Shown: positions 38,224-52,400, counted from the stretch's first letter. The stretch is 64,000 nucleotides of DNA from Mobula hypostoma (GCF_963921235.1 NC_086097.1:149422001-149486000); one strand, 5' to 3'. Notes: generated by a model not told the origin, from the sequence alone. Program-made: numbers and translations.

Positions 38224-39716
38224 CAATACCTAAAAAAAGTATTTAACCCCCTTTGAAGTTTTCACATTTTATTTGGTCTCGGCCCAAAACATCGACTGTA
38301 CCTCCTCCTAGAGATTGCTGCCTGGCCTGCTGCTTTCACCAGCAACTTTTATGTGTGTTGCTTGAAATTCCAGCATCTGTAGATTTCCTCGAGCATTGGA
38401 TTTAATTTGGCTTTTATGACACAGATCAACAGAAAAAGACTCTTTCATGTCAAAGTGAAAACAGATCTCTACAAAGTGTTCTAAATTAATTACAAATATA
38501 AAACACTAAATAATTGATTGCAGAAGTATTCACTCCCTTTAATATAAAACACCAAATCATCACTGGTGCAGCAAATTGGTTTGAGAAGTCATGTAATTAG
38601 TTAAGTGGAGATCACCTGTGTGCAGTCAAGGTGTTTGAATTGACTGTGGTAAAAAAAACACCTGCATCTGGAAGGTCCAACTATTAGTGAGTCAGTATCC
38701 TAGCAAAAACTACACCATGAAGACAAAGGAACACTCCAAGCAACTCCACGAAAAGGTTATTGAAGAGCACAAGTCAGGAGATGGATACAAGGAAGTTTCC
38801 AAGTCACTGAATATCCCTTAGAGTACAGTTAAGTCAATTGTCAAGAAATGGAAAGAATATGGTACAGCTGTAAATCTGCCTAGAGCAGGCTGTCCTCAAA
38901 AGCTGAGTGACCATGCAAGAAGGGGACTAGTGAAGGAGGCCACCAACTCTGGATGGGTTATAAGCTTCAGTAGCTGAGATGGGAGAGACTGCACATACAA
39001 CAACTGTTGCCCAGGTGCTTCACCAGTGGCAGCTTTATGGGAGAGTGACAAAGGGAAAACCACTGTTGAAAAAATATTCACATGAAATCTCAGCTAGCCT
39101 TTGCCAGAAGGCATGTGGGAGACTCTGAAGTCAGCTGTAAGAAATAGAGCTTTTTGGCCATCAGACTAAATGCTATGTTTGGCATAAGCCAAATATCACA
39201 CCACCAAAAACACACCATCCCTATTGTGAAGCATGGTGATGACTGCATCATTGTGTGGGGATGCTTCACTGTGGCAGGCCCTGGAAGGCTTCTGAAGGTA
39301 GAGGGTAAAATGAATGCAACAAAATACAGGGAAATCCTGGAGGAAAACCTAATGCAGTCTGCAAGAGAACTGCAACTTGGGAGAAGATTTATTTTCCAGC
39401 AAGACAATGACCCCAAGCATAAAGCCAAAGCTACATAGGAATGCCTAACTTTGCTGTTGTAAATGTCCTGGAGTTGCCAAGTCAGTCCAGACCTTAATCC
39501 AACTGAGAATTTTGTGGCTTGACTTGAAAAGGGATGTTCACGCAGGATGCCCGTGCGATCTAATGGAGCTTGAGCAGTTTTGTAAAGAAGAATGGGAAAA
39601 AATTGCAGTGCCCAGATGTGCAAAGCTGATAGAGACCTAGTCACATAGATCAAGGCTGTAATTGCTGCTGAAGGTGCATCTACTAAATACTGGCTTGAAA
39701 GGGGTGAATGCTTATG
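38224..39716 (+). mobile_element. Tc1-family (Passport-like) DNA transposon, defective; transposase pseudo-ORF 38717-39693
   Basis: TA|caatacc start; outer and inner direct repeats aagtatttaaccccc and aagtattcactcccttt; inverted inner repeat at 39698-39716. Translation MKTKEHSKQL.EKVIE.HKSGDGYK, VKHG...WGCF, FQQDNDPKH, SPDLNP.EN-like, ASTKY end; contains stops and deletions. Confidence 0.92.
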
Positions 39717-40389
39717 GTAAATGTCAATCTTTTCTACAATGACCACCTTCCAAAAATTGAATAAGCTTTGAATTAACCAGTTAATTTTATCACTGGTTGT
39801 AATTGTCATGAATGAGGCAGAAAGACTTGCTTTGACCAAGTGTGGTCATGTCAAATTATTCACAAAGTAGTTATTGATAGTACTTTTTTCCAGTCACAAT
39901 TTCAAACTAATATTGTACTAGATTTTTCCTCAGTTATTTTCCAGTCTTTTACAGAGGAATGGTTGTCAGAGCCAGAAAAAGTTTCATCAAAATAATGTGG
40001 ACAATGTAACTGTCAGCATACCTTTAACAGGTGCAAGGGCTTCTCTGTGTAATAATGTTAGAACTGCTTTCCAAATGCTAATTAAATGTCTATTGATAAC
40101 ATTTTGCAAATTAGCCCACTCATTCTCCCTGCAAGCGTAAGGCTAATTAGTCAACAGATTTTCATTGTTCTTGTAGATGAGAAAGTCAAACAAGCCTTAT
40201 GGCTCTAATATCTAACCTTTTTTTTCCATAGATTGCTATAGAACATTCAAAGGTGCAAAGGTGCTTTTAGTAAGAAGAGGAAAGGAGAAGGAGCAATTAT
40301 CCTTTTTTTTGTTCCCTAAGATGATGAAAAATAACATTAAGGAGGTTATGGGGGGACTTAAGTATGCAGGTAGATTAGAAACATCGGGT

Positions 40390-42372
40390 TAGTTCTGGAT
40401 CCCAAGAGAGAGAATTTGTAGAATACCTACAAGATGGCTTTTTCAAAAAGCTTGTGGTTGAACTCACTAGCGAAAAAGCAATTCTTTTGTTAGTTAGCAT
40501 AAGGTAAAGCTTAGGTGGCAGTGATCATGATAGAATTTGCTCTACAGTTTGAAGAGGAGAAGTTAAAGTCAGATGTATTGGTATTATAGTAGAGTAAAGA
40601 TGAATACAAAGGTATGAGAGATGAGCTGGCAAAAGTTGATTGGAAGATAGCAGAACAACAATGGCTGGAGTTTCTGGGAACAAATTGGAAAGTACGTGAT
40701 AGATCCATCCCAAAGAAGAAAACATATTCTAAAGGAAGTATGAGCCAATTATAGCTAACCAAGCACATCAAAGATGGTATAAAAGTACAAGAGAAGGCAT
40801 ATCATATAGCAAGCATAAGTGGAATGTTAGAGGATTGGGATGCTTTTAAAAACCAATAGAAGACAATTAAAAAGCATAAGGAGAGAAAAGAAGAAATGTG
40901 AAGGTAAGCTAGCCAATAATATGAAAGAAATACCAAGTTTTTCAGATATATAAAGAGTAAAAGAGTGGATATTAGACAACTGGAACTTGTCACTGGAGAG
41001 GTAATCATGGAGGACAAAGAAATAGTGGATGAACACAAGAAGCACTTTCTGTCAGCCTTCACTTTGGAAGACAGTAGTGTGTCACAAATTCAAGAGCATC
41101 AATTGGTAGAAGAGAATGTAGTTGCTACTTCTAAGGCGAAGGTGCCTGGGAGACTGAAATGTCTGCAGGTAGATAAATTAGCTGGACCAGATGGACTATG
41201 CCTGAGGGTTCTGAAATTAGTAGATGCAGAGATTGTGGAGGCATTAGTAGTGATCTTTCAAGAATCACTAGACTCTGGAATGGTTCTGGAAGACTGTAAA
41301 ATTGCAAATATCACTCCACTCTTTAAAATGGGAGGGAGGCAAAAGACAGGAATTATAGGCCAGTTAGCCTAATTAGTGGATGGTAAGATGTCGGAGTCCA
41401 TTTTTAAGGATAAGGTTTTGGGGTACTTGAAGGCACGTGATCAAATACGCCAAAATCAGCATAATTTCCTAAGGGGAAATCTTGCCTGACATATCTATTG
41501 GAATTCTTTGAAGAAATAATGGGCAGGATAGTCAAGGGAGAGTCATCAGATGTTGTTTAGGAGAATGGGCAAAGAAGTGGCAGATGGAATACTGTGTAGG
41601 GAAGTATATGGTTATACACTTTGGAAGAGGGAATAAAGGTGTAAACTATTTTCCAAATGTGAAGAAAATTTAGATTCCAAAGGTGCAGAGGTTACTGGGC
41701 ATCCTCATGCAAGGTTCCCTGAAGGTTAATTTATAGGTTGAGACAATACGAATGGGGGCAATTGAAGTGTTAGCATTCATTTTGAGAGGACTGGAATCTA
41801 TAAGCAAGGATATCGTGTTGAGGCTCGATAAAACATTGGTCAGACCACATGGAGTACTGTGAGCAGATTTGGGCCTCTTATCTAAGGAAAGAAGTGCTGG
41901 TATTGGAGAGAATCCAGAAGAGATTCATGGCGATGAAAGGGTTAACATATGAGTGTTTGATGGCTTTGGGTCTGTACACACTGGAATTTAGAAGAATGAT
42001 GGGAATCTCATTGAAGCCTAATGAATATTGAGAGGCCTGGATAGTATGGATATGAAGAGGTTGTGGGGAGTCTAGGACAGAGGGCACAGCCTCAGAATAG
42101 AGGGTGTCCCTTTACAACAGAGAAAAGGGGGAATTTGTTCACCCTGATGGTGGCAAATCTGTGGAATTCATTGCCACAGATGGCTGTGGAATCAAGTCAT
42201 TTGGCATATTTCAAGCAGAGGTTGATGGTTTCTTGATTAGTAAGAAGATCAAAGGTTACATGGAGAAGGCGGATAATGGAGTTGAGAGGGATGATGAATT
42301 AGCCATGATGAAAGGGCAGAGCAGACTCGATGGGCCTGATGGCTCAATTTTACTTGTATGTCTTATGGTCTT
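40390..42372 (+). mobile_element. Decayed CR1 LINE ORF2 with internal deletion
   Basis: GPDGLCLRVLK..EIVEALVVIFQESLDSGMVLEDCKIANITPLFK, EYCEQIWASYLRK; CR1 tail tgtcttatggtctt. Confidence 0.85.
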
Positions 42373-42869
42373 GTGCGAGATATTTCTTATCCTTCCATTT
42401 TACCTGGGGGATTTCTGCAAATTAGAAATGCATCAAGTGAACTTTGACTCATAATGCTGAATTACTAAATTAGGTACAATACAAAATATTTGCTCTGCTG
42501 GTTAATCAAGTATTGGAAGTATTGTTAAATTGCATATTAGAAATTGCCAAGGCAAATGGAAACTTGGATTGAAACAGAAAATATGAACGAGTTGTATCTT
42601 CACAGAAATAACATTGGTGTAGCCACATTTGCAGTTTTGCTGCCAATATTTTTTGCCATTGTTATTAATAAAATTTGTAGAACTGCTTGAAGAGTTTCCA
42701 AGAAAGGCAGTATAGACAGGATGGGGGTTTGAATAATTGAGATTAACACTTTACCAACAATATCATTGAAGAGAAGCGAGAGTCAGCAGGGAACATATTT
42801 GGTATAGTGATGGAAATAGTTATGAGGACATGTGTAAGGAGTTTGGACTGGATTTTAATTTCCCAATGT

Positions 42870-43370
42870 AGAGAGTCATAGAAAACTACAACACAGAAAC
42901 AAGCCTTTTGGCCAGCTCATCCATGCCGAACCACTTAAAAGACTTACTGCCATCGATCTGCATATGGTCCATAACACTTCAGACCCCTCCCATCCATGTA
43001 CCTATCCAAACTTCTCTTAAATATTGAACTCAAAATTGCATCCACCACTTGTGTTGGCCACCTGTTTCACACTCTCACCAACCTCTGAGTGAAGAAGCTT
43101 CCTCTCATATTCCCTTTAAACATTTTACCTTTCATCCTTAACCTATGACCTCTAAATGTAGTCTCACTCAACATCAGTAGAAACAGCCTGCTTGCATTTA
43201 CTCTATCTATATCCCTCATATTTTTGTACACCTCTATCAAATCTTCCCTCAATCTTTTATGATCTAGGGAGTAAAGTTCCAACCTATCCAATCTTTCCTT
43301 ATAACTCGTGTCCTTCAGTCCTGGCAGCATCCTTGTAAATTTCCTCTGTATTCTTTCAATCTTATTTACA
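42870..43370 (-). mobile_element. CR1 3' fragment
   Basis: VNKIERIQRKFTRMLPGL...RGHRL...FFTQR. Confidence 0.85.
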
Positions 43371-43599
43371 ATAAATTGGACTCTAGTACCCACAATCTAC
43401 CTTGTTATGATCTTGTACCTTATTGTTTACCTGCACTTTAATTTCTTTGTGACTGTTACACTTTATTCTGCATTATTGTTGTTTTACATTGTTCTCTGTC
43501 AATGCATTGTGGCATGGTCTAATCTGTATGAACAGTAAGCGAGAGAAGCTTTTCATTGTATCATTGTGACAATAATAAGCCAATACCAAATCCAGTTCA

Positions 43600-45600
43600 T
43601 AGGGATCTGAGCAGCTCAATTGACTGCAGGTGATGAGTTGGAAACGAGTGGCATGTGATTCTTGTTAGCTAGGTGGGGACTGGGAGGTAGGTGCCTGCCT
43701 ATCCAGCCCTGATAGGACCCTCCACTCACAATGGTCCAGGGTAATCTGGATGGGTCTGGTGGTACTCTTTGATGAGCGATGAATCCATGATGAGACTGGA
43801 TGGTATCCAAGATCTCTTCTCTGGGCTGCACCCTTTCCAGTTGACCTGGTACTGCACACCCCATCCATGACAATGTGAATCTATCAACCAGTGAACCATG
43901 TACACTAGACCACCTTCCACCATCTTAGGTTCTGGAAGTGCAGGCTTAGGTGAGTTGAGTGGTCCATGGACAACAGGCCTGAGGCAGGACATGTGCATGG
44001 TGGGTTTGATCCTGAGGGGCTGTGGTAGCTGCAGATGCTAAGTGACTATATTAATGTGATGGGTGATCTTGAAGAGACCAATGAACCAGGGTGCGATCTT
44101 GCAGGAGGTGATGCACAGGCAGATCTTGGGTGGACAGCCAGGTACAGTCCTCAGGCCAGAGCAGTTTGGCTGGGCACTGCTGGTGGTTGGCCTTGTGGCA
44201 ATTGGTGCAGTTGGCAGCTGGGATGGCCCTCCGTGCCCTCTTCCAAGCTTTCTAGCAGTGACAAACCAGGGCCCTAGAGAACATAATCTCCATTATTGGC
44301 TACTCCATGGGGAACAATAGAGGGTGGCAGCCATGAAGTACTTCAAGGGGAGACATACCTGTGGCAGAAGAGGTGTGTAGATTGTGGGACAGTTCGGCCC
44401 AGAGCAGCAGCCTCCATGTGAAAGGGTCAGAGGTGACAAAGCGTCACAGAAACTTCTTCACTTGCTCACTGGCTCATCTTGACTGCCCGTTGGTCTGCTG
44501 ATGATAGCCAGAGAACAAACTTACTCAGTTGTGGAGGAAAGAACAGAAGGCTCATCAGAAGTGGGAGACAAATCGTGGACCCCAGTCTGACACAATGTCC
44601 TGAGGGAGGCGGTGGAGGTGAACTACTTGTTGGATATCCAGGTCTTCAATCTCAGTGGCTGAGGGAAGTTTGGGAAGACATTGAAATGGGCTGCTTGGAG
44701 AACCATTCCACCACTGTTATGATTACCATGGCCCAACAGAAGGTGGCAAACCATGGTGAAATCTATGGTGATGTGGGACAGAAAATCCTGAAACTGATGT
44801 GTACCTGGATGGCTAGAGATGGGTGAAGAGTGAGCCCCCTGGAGAGTCTCAGGTACATGGCCACCTGCAAGTACTTGTAGTTGTCTGGAGTGTAGGTCGG
44901 AACTGGCTTGTGCTGAAGGGCCTGGTGGATCTGGCTTTCAAGACCTCAGGTGATCAGGGTGAGGATCTGCAAGGATGGAATGATGGGCTGAGGGTTGATC
45001 TCCATTGCATCTGGGTTGAACTGTCATGACAGGGTGTCTGTCTTGGTGTTCTTGGATCTTGGTCAGTAGGACATGGTGAAATTGAATTGCTTGAAGAAGA
45101 GAGCCTAGCAGGCCTGACATGAGTTGTTGTACGAGGTTCTAGTGGCCAGTCCAGATCAGGAAAGGCATGGTGTTTCCAGTTAGCTCATGTCTTCATCCCT
45201 CCAAGGCTGAGTAGCTCTCAGTCTCCTAATCGATAATGGTGTTGTGTAGAGTTGAGCTTGTTGCAGAAGAAGGCAAAAGGTTGTGACTTCCCAACTGGTC
45301 CTTGTTGGAAGATGGCCTCAGTGGCCCACCTCAGGTGCATCCACCTGTACCACAAAAAAATCCAGAGGTGTTGGGATGGTGAAGAATAGAAATGGTGATG
45401 AAGTGTCTTTTGCACTCCTCAAAAGAATTGTTCCCGCCAGCAGACCACATTGTTTGTGAGGAGAATGACTTGGTGAGAGAGGTGAGCGGAGCTGCGATTT
45501 GGCTGTGGTTTCAGATGAAATGGCTGGACAAGTTGCAGAAGCCCAGGAAGCAGTGTAGCTGTCTGAGGGAGCCCGGTTGGCATTTGTCTAACTAGCAGTA
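43600..45600 (-). mobile_element. Decayed Ty3/Gypsy chromovirus-like LTR retrotransposon (RT end, RNase H, integrase, chromodomain, partial 3' LTR)
   Basis: Minus strand HMSCLRPV...VQYQVNWKGCSPEKRSWIP (chromodomain), QPFAFFCNKLN..Q.HY (RNase H), SQIAAPLT; purine tract followed by LTR sequence matching 58607-59154. Confidence 0.82.
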
Positions 45601-45649
45601 CAGCACAAGTACAGATTCTAGTACAATTCGTATTCTCCCTTCCTCCAGC

Positions 45650-45865
45650 TGCCAATCACCATTCTTTACATTTATCAACCAATCACCTACTAGCTTTTGC
45701 TCCACCTATTCCCTCCACATTTTTTAATATTAGCTATTGCCCCTCTATCTTTCATTCCAGATGAAGGGTTTCGATCTGAAGCATTGACTGTCCATTTTCC
45801 TCCACAGATGCCAGCATCTCATGTGCTGCTCAAGATTCCAGCAACTGCAGAATTTTTTTGCTTTC
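45650..45865 (+). mobile_element. Old PLE tail with degenerate hammerhead
   Basis: ttccagatgaagggtttcgatctgaagcattgactg...ttccagcaactgcagaa. Confidence 0.6.
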
Positions 45866-46514
45866 TGGGCTGCAAACTTGAGTGTTCTAACAGGCCTCAC
45901 GTCAATAGATATACACATGTTGTCTGGCTCTGATAAGCAAATTATGAATTGTAGGCCATATATAGTGAGGTTCTGCAAGTGTCTTCAACAGAACCAAAGG
46001 AAGGATCCTGGGGCAAAATATTTGGGAATAATGGTGTCTTTGGACAACAGTAAATGCAGTGAATTTTGCTTCAGCTGGCTTAAAGTAGCTGAGATGTGAA
46101 ACCCTGATTCTCCTGAGATTGTCAGAGTTGCTGTATATAGATTCTGTTGTCATTCTGGCCTATTACTCCCAAACACACATACTTGTATATGGTAAAATTC
46201 ATCACAATGTATCCAGTCGGGGGTTTGAGATTGGTATATTTTAGCATTGCATTTATGATGCCTTCTCATGGTGGAATATTCAACAGGTACTTGCTGGGTT
46301 ATAACCAAATTAAACATGTCAACACCAGACACATGATTTATCCTATAGTTCTAATCTAGATATTTATCTGGAAATCAAGACTAGACACAGAACATTTTCC
46401 TGGGGGCTGGAGGCCAATATTTAGTTATTTCTCTCTCACATGATCATATGTTTCAGCTTGTGCATGGAAAGAGGGAACTTCAACTCTTGACCTGTGCAGA
46501 AAGACAATGAGGCC

Positions 46515-47370
46515 ATAAGACTATAAGAGATGGGAGCAGAATTAGGCCATTTGGCCCATTGAGTCTGCTCCACCAGTTCATCATGGCTGATTCATTTTTT
46601 CCTCTCAACCCCATTCTCTTGCCTTCTCCCCATAACCTTTCATGCCATGACTAATCAGGAGCCTACCAACCGCTGCCTTAAATGCACCAAATGACCTGGA
46701 CTCCACAGCTGCCTGTGGCAATGAATTCCACAGATTCACTACTCTGTAGTTAAAAGAAATCTTTCCTCATCTATGTTCTAACTGAACCTCTATTCTGAGG
46801 CTGTGCCCTATAGGAAACATCCCCTCCACATCCACTCTTTCAAGGTCTTTCAACATTTGATAGGTTTCAATGAGATATCCTGTTATTCTTCTAAATTCCA
46901 GCGAGTACAAGCCCCAGAACCATCAAATACTCCTCATATGATACCCTTTAATTTCTAGAATCATTCTTGTGAACCTCCTCTAAATTCTCTCCAATGTCAG
47001 CACATCCTTTCTCAGATAAGAGGCCAAAATCTGCTCACAATACTGCAAGTAAGGCCTCCATATTACATCTTTGCTTTTATATTCTAGTCCTCTTGAAATG
47101 AATGCTAACATTGCATTTGCCTTCCTCGCCACTGACTCAACCTGCATGTTAATCTTTAGGGAATCCTACTCAGTACTTCCAAGTCCCTTTGAACTTCTGA
47201 TTTTTGAATTTTCTGTCTGCTTAGAAAAAAAGTCTATGCTTTTGTTCTTTCTACCAAAGTGCATGATCAAACACTTCCCAACACTGTATTTCATCTGTCA
47301 CTCTTTTGCCTATTCTTCTAATCTAAGTCCTTCTGCAAACTTGGCCAAAGCTATCAATTCCATCATCAAG
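46515..47370 (-). mobile_element. CR1 3' fragment
   Basis: Reverse complement of the CR1 tail (cataagactataagagatgggagcagaattaggcc) and of the ORF2 C-terminus seen at 11900-12485. Confidence 0.8.
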
Positions 47371-47529
47371 ATACTGAGAATGTTTTATATACTTTTAAAC
47401 ATTTTGAACATATTTAATTTGGCATCCCCCACAAATGTCCCACACTTCCTGGTTAGCCATTTGAATTAAGTACAGTACAGGCAAATATGATTGCTGAAGG
47501 CTTGTATATAAACATTCTGCTTTGCAAGT

Positions 47530-47955
47530 GTTATTATTCCGAGGTGTATCCAATTAAATTTGGGAAGGTGGGGCTCGTCAGCCTTGGACGGCAGCCCGCT
47601 AAGAGAAGGAAAACTCTGATTTTTAAACCTCTGCTGCCTTGCAGCCATACCCACCCATGGGAAAGGCTTCTGGAGTAAACCCCAAGGAAGAAATCCAGAG
47701 CGGGCGTCTTTAAGACAGTTTGATGTTACTTACAACTTCACTCTGACAACCTCTTAGACGACATTAGTGCCAAGCTGTATTGGTGCTTACTTTTCCCTTG
47801 GACTACAGCAATGATGTGGAGAGGAGGAGCATGCTGCGTGGGCAACAGCCGGTTCTTCAAACCTTCTTGCCCAGGCTTGTGCCCTGGAGAGGGCACAGTC
47901 CACCTGAGGTGCAAACCCATGATCCCCGGGATCAACGGCTGCCTACTAATAATCC
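47530..47955 (+). mobile_element. Probable RTE-derived non-autonomous element
   Basis: gggctcgtcagccttgg..ggcagcc..agagaaggaaaactctga..aaacct resembles RTE-clade 5' UTR sequence (recalled, not verified); GC-richer than its flanks. Confidence 0.4.
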
Positions 47956-48044
47956 GATTAAAGGACTGCCCAGTGAACCATATGTGTGCAGATTAGTAGA
48001 AGGCAAACACTTAAAATGAAAACTGCAGTAAATCAAATCAAATG

Positions 48045-48046
<2 letters not shown>

Positions 48047-48076
<30 letters not shown>
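48047..48076. repeat. (GT)15 microsatellite
   Basis: Perfect dinucleotide run ending about 130 nt upstream of the exon at 48206. Confidence 0.97.
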
Positions 48077-48077
<1 letters not shown>

Positions 48078-48205
48078 GGCAATTATTTTAGAACATTTGT
48101 CTTAACGTAATGTGACCATCACTGTTGTCATGTACAATCCTATTGGTGATTTCATAAATACTGTAATAACTATCAGAACTAATATTGTCCTTTCCCAACT
48201 GCTAG

Positions 48206-48415
48206 GTCTAAGTAAGTGTGATATTCTGGCAATTGACACGATGGAGCAGGAAGCAGGGCCAGGTTATATACCATCTTGTGACAACTTTGATAGCTCCTTC
48301 TCAACCATACAGTGTGATCAGGACAATGAGAAGTGTTGGTGTGTATTTGAAAATGGAGGAGAGGTTCCTGAAACACAAGTCAATATGACGACCGGATTAA
48401 AACCTGCCTGCAAAC
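48206..48415 (+). CDS. TG: TG coding exon (exon 16 equivalent), 210 nt
   Basis: tgctag|GT CTA AGT AAG TGT...TGC AAA C|gtaagt; CLSKC...PGYIPSCDNFDSSFSTIQCDQDNEKCWCVFENGGEVPET...PACK. Confidence 0.94.
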
Positions 48416-48834
48416 GTAAGTTATCTAGAGTTCTCCAGTGATGGAAAGCAGCCAAAAAATATGTAGGGTAGCAATGTGAAAAATCTTATGAGACTTTGTT
48501 GTAAGTCAAGAATTAAATCCAATTTCAGAGTCCTTTATAGAACATATCTGTGGAAAATCTTGTGTTATTTGAACATAATTCAGCAGTTGTTACATTGGAA
48601 TGAAAGATTACTATCAGACCAGCCATTGTTTCAAACAAAAGAGCAGTCCTGAGAGGCCATGTGGTCCGCGTCTGCTCCAGTTCTGCAAGTCTGTATGTTT
48701 GCATTGGATGGCATTGCCAATGGAAAGTGGAGACTGCCCAACTCTCCATGAATGTTACTCAAGTATGCTTTCTTTTTCTTTAATTAGAGACCTCATTAAG
48801 TAGATCCTGATCTCACACAGTTTTGTTTTCCTAG

Positions 48835-49041
48835 GCCCACACTGTGTACTACCCTTCAAAGCACCTGAGGTAACGAATGGCATCGTCCTATGTGATGATA
48901 TGCCCAGTGGCCAGTTTGTGCAGCATTGCCAGGTGAAATGTCGTCAAGGCTACCAGAGTGTATTTGATCAGAGAAGCTTTGTGTGCAACGTACAGACTGG
49001 TAGCTGGATTGCAGAATTCCCACATCCAGAGTCCTGTCAGA
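48835..49041 (+). CDS. TG: TG coding exon (exon 17 equivalent), 207 nt
   Basis: tcctag|GC CCA CAC TGT...TGT CAG A|gtaagt; RPHCVLPFKAPEVTNGIVLCDDMPSGQFVQHCQVKCRQGYQSVFDQRSFVCNVQTGSWIAEFPHPESCQ. Confidence 0.93.
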
Positions 49042-49184
49042 GTAAGTACCATTGACCCTGTGTTACCTAGACCCAAAGTTCTCTTTAAATTTTGTCTATG
49101 CTACTCTACACTCCTTCAAAGCATTTTTTTTCTTGGATGTAGTATCTCTTTTTGCCTGATTGCATTTCTATTAAGTCTTTATCT

Positions 49185-49418
49185 ATCCATCTATTGAGAC
49201 ATAGTGTGGAATAGGCTCTTCCAGCCCTTCGAGCTGTGCTCTTCAGCAATACTACAATTTAGTCTAGCCTGATTACAGGGCAATTTACAATGACTAATTA
49301 GCAGCTACATCTTTGTTCTGTGGGAGGAAACCGGAGAACAAAGACAGGCAGCGGTGGAACTGAACCCAGGTTTTTGGGTACTGTAAAGACTTCTGCTAAC
49401 CACTACACTACCATGCCA
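49185..49418 (-). mobile_element. tRNA-derived SINE (V-SINE/HE1-like)
   Basis: Same family as 3245 and 13160. Confidence 0.65.
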
Positions 49419-52400
49419 CCCCAATTCTTGGGGGAAATTTATTGCATTAAAGAGAACAACAGTGGCTTTTGTTGCTCTCAAAATCATCATGCTTATTGGA
49501 TATAAAGAATGTAAGTTAGCACAAGGAAGCGATACTTTGGTCATGAACTTCCATTATCTTATTGAATGTCAATACAGGTGTGAGTGGTGGAGCAACCTAC
49601 CTTGTTTCTATTCCTAGATCTCCACACAACAGCACAAGGAAAGCACCCACACTAGAGGGCCTGCAGTGGCTCAGGAAGTTGACCCATCACCATTTTCTCA
49701 ATTCCAAGCAGTAATGTGTTTTTTTTAAAAAATGCTGCTCTTCTCAGTGAGGCCCACATCCCAAAAACAAATGCAGAGTTGTAAAGAGGCAATATTAATA
49801 TCAGTTATGACAAATTGGAGGGATTATTAAACATTTACTAGACCTCTGGTTTTTGTCATCTTTGAGTAGTCAAGCTTGCCCTTTTGTTTTTATTTTGAGC
49901 ATTGTTTGCTGAATTCACATAAATAATGGCAGAAGTGCAATTTTGAAATATAGCATTTGGCTCTTCTAATAATGACTATTGATTCTCATTCCCTAAAACA
50001 ATGAAACTTTCAGTCTTAACCATGCCATCATAGTTTATAGTCAACCAAAAGCAAAACACCTGTTGTCCCAGGATTTCATTACATCCATGGCCTAACTCAC
50101 AGTCGACCTGCCTAACAACTTTGACTTAAGCCATTTGATTGAAATACTCGAGGAAACATATAAACAGTCCTCTATTTTCTGCTCTTGTGAAGTGGTAATA
50201 GTTAAGGAATGACATTCTGTTTTAACGTTTTGCAAACATGGCAATGATAGCATTGTTTACATGAGAAATTTTGACTTTCAAATTGAGACGGATAACCTTA
50301 CAAATGTTTGAGAATCTCTTGAAGAGTGTCATGGCCCTTTTTTTTAACAAAATGTCAGAGTGGAACAGACATGTTAATGTTCAATAAGCCAGCTTTATTG
50401 AGCTGCCTAACTGGATGAATAACAGCCATAATATAATTGAGCTCTTTGTTGTGTTTGAAAGGGAAACATCATAAATCAGCTCCAAAGATTTTAGACTTTT
50501 GAAAGGATAATTATGATATCAGAGAAATAATATAAATAAATGAATAGCAAAAAAAGTAATAGCAGTAAAAAATGACACATCTCCAGGAGCTTATTCTATT
50601 ATTTTAAAAAGCAGTAGGTGACTACACTGCAGATTATTTACCTACTAACAAGTGAGGAAACACAAGACCAGTTGAGTCAATGCCAGTTCCCAATAAAGAA
50701 ATCCCATTAGTTCAATCCATAGCCCTGGAACTTATTTTCTATCGTCACACCTTCAACTTTCGTCTTATGTTTTTTTGGACTTATCCATGCTAAGGGATAA
50801 GTCAGTCAACTTACTGTACACATTTGGGATGTGGGAAGAAGCAAGATTGCCTGCTGGAAATTCATAGTCATGGGGAGAATTAACAAATTCCATAATGTCA
50901 GGGATTGATGTCTTGATGTCAACAACACCCTAATTATAATTGACTAAAAGTTGCTCAATTGGGAACTGCTCTATTGTGGTGTAAAAATGTGTAGACCATT
51001 TCAGCCATTTAAGAAAAGCGTGAGAAAGAAACAAAGGAATTATTGATCAGGGTAGCTAACCTCTAAACTTTGAAATTAGAATTAATTTATAATTAATAGA
51101 GTAAAGAAACATCTTGAAATTTCATCTTGGCAGTATGGATTTGATATATGATTGCACTTCATGAAGGGGTCATTTTAGGAGATTAGTTGAGACAGATAGC
51201 AGGACAATCGGAAAACGCTCAAACTGATAAATTATTTCTGTCAGGCATCAAATATTCACTCCACTTGCTAAAGATATGACATTTTATTGGCATTATAAGC
51301 ATTCTAGAAGGAAGATTAAAATTGTAAAGTAATATTACAAAAATTAGGTAACGGAATACAAATAAAAATGGATTTCAGTAGGCTCATATTAAGCCATCCA
51401 TTTGTAGTGGGAAAGATCAGAACTAAGAGTCCATGGAATCCATTTTATGGTCCATGGAATCTCATGGAACCATAAAAATGGATCATTTATCTGTCAGGAA
51501 CAGGTACAAAAAAGATGAAAGGGAATGGAATGTTGATCTATGTATCAATAGAACTAGAATTCCATGCATTATAAGTAACGTATTGGCTGTACAAAGCCCT
51601 GACACTATAGCTCAGCTGGAACTGCTACGTTCTGGGAACTATGCCATAGGAAGGACATGTTGGACTTGGAGAGAGTGCAGTAGAGTTGCAAAAGAAGAAA
51701 ACAAATTTTTTGACACAAGCCATCAATCAATCTGAGTACAGAGCTGACAATCATTGCTAGAAGATTAAATATAAAGGATTTAAAACAGCTGGCAGGAAAA
51801 ACACATTACATTCAGGGTTGCAAAGCTTTGGAAGTGACTTGCAAAGTCAGTTGAGGTAGACATTTGTTATTAAATCATCTAGGTGGATGAATCAACAGTA
51901 CTTGAAAGGATATGGAAATGGTAAATGAAAAATCTCTATTGACTCACATGGAAAGTGAACAGTGACACATACTAGTAAATAACTAATTTTTGTGTGACAT
52001 ATTATATCCACTTCTATTTCTGTGTCAACATTGACATTCCTTGTGGTAGGGAATATTGGATTTCACCTCCTGTAATGCTCTAACACATTGCTGCATGGTA
52101 GTTTGGTTTCCCTCTTAAAAATTCCTTCATTGTTCAGAGAGAATCTGTGAGATTCATGCCAGGAAAGACATCCTGAGCAGCAAAGTTCAGTGTGGAGGGT
52201 TGTAGAAGGTATGGTGAACAATGGTAAGAGTTGTGCAGGAAACTCACCCTGGCTAGGTCAATAGAAGAAGAAAGTGTCAGAAGGTATTTCGGGTTTCCTG
52301 TTCCAGCACAATTGGGTAATTTTGACTTGATCTTTTTTAAAGGTTTACTCACTTTTTAAAATGATTCTTGGATGCCATTTATAATTTATTAATGACACAA

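Noticed and set aside
39090..39839. 249-aa minus-strand ORF as an antisense gene
   Set aside because: Antisense shadow of the Tc1 transposase relic; no recognisable domain.
47540..47625. HDV-like ribozyme in the putative RTE 5' UTR
   Set aside because: I could not build the nested double pseudoknot (P1/P1.1/P2/P3/P4) from this sequence.
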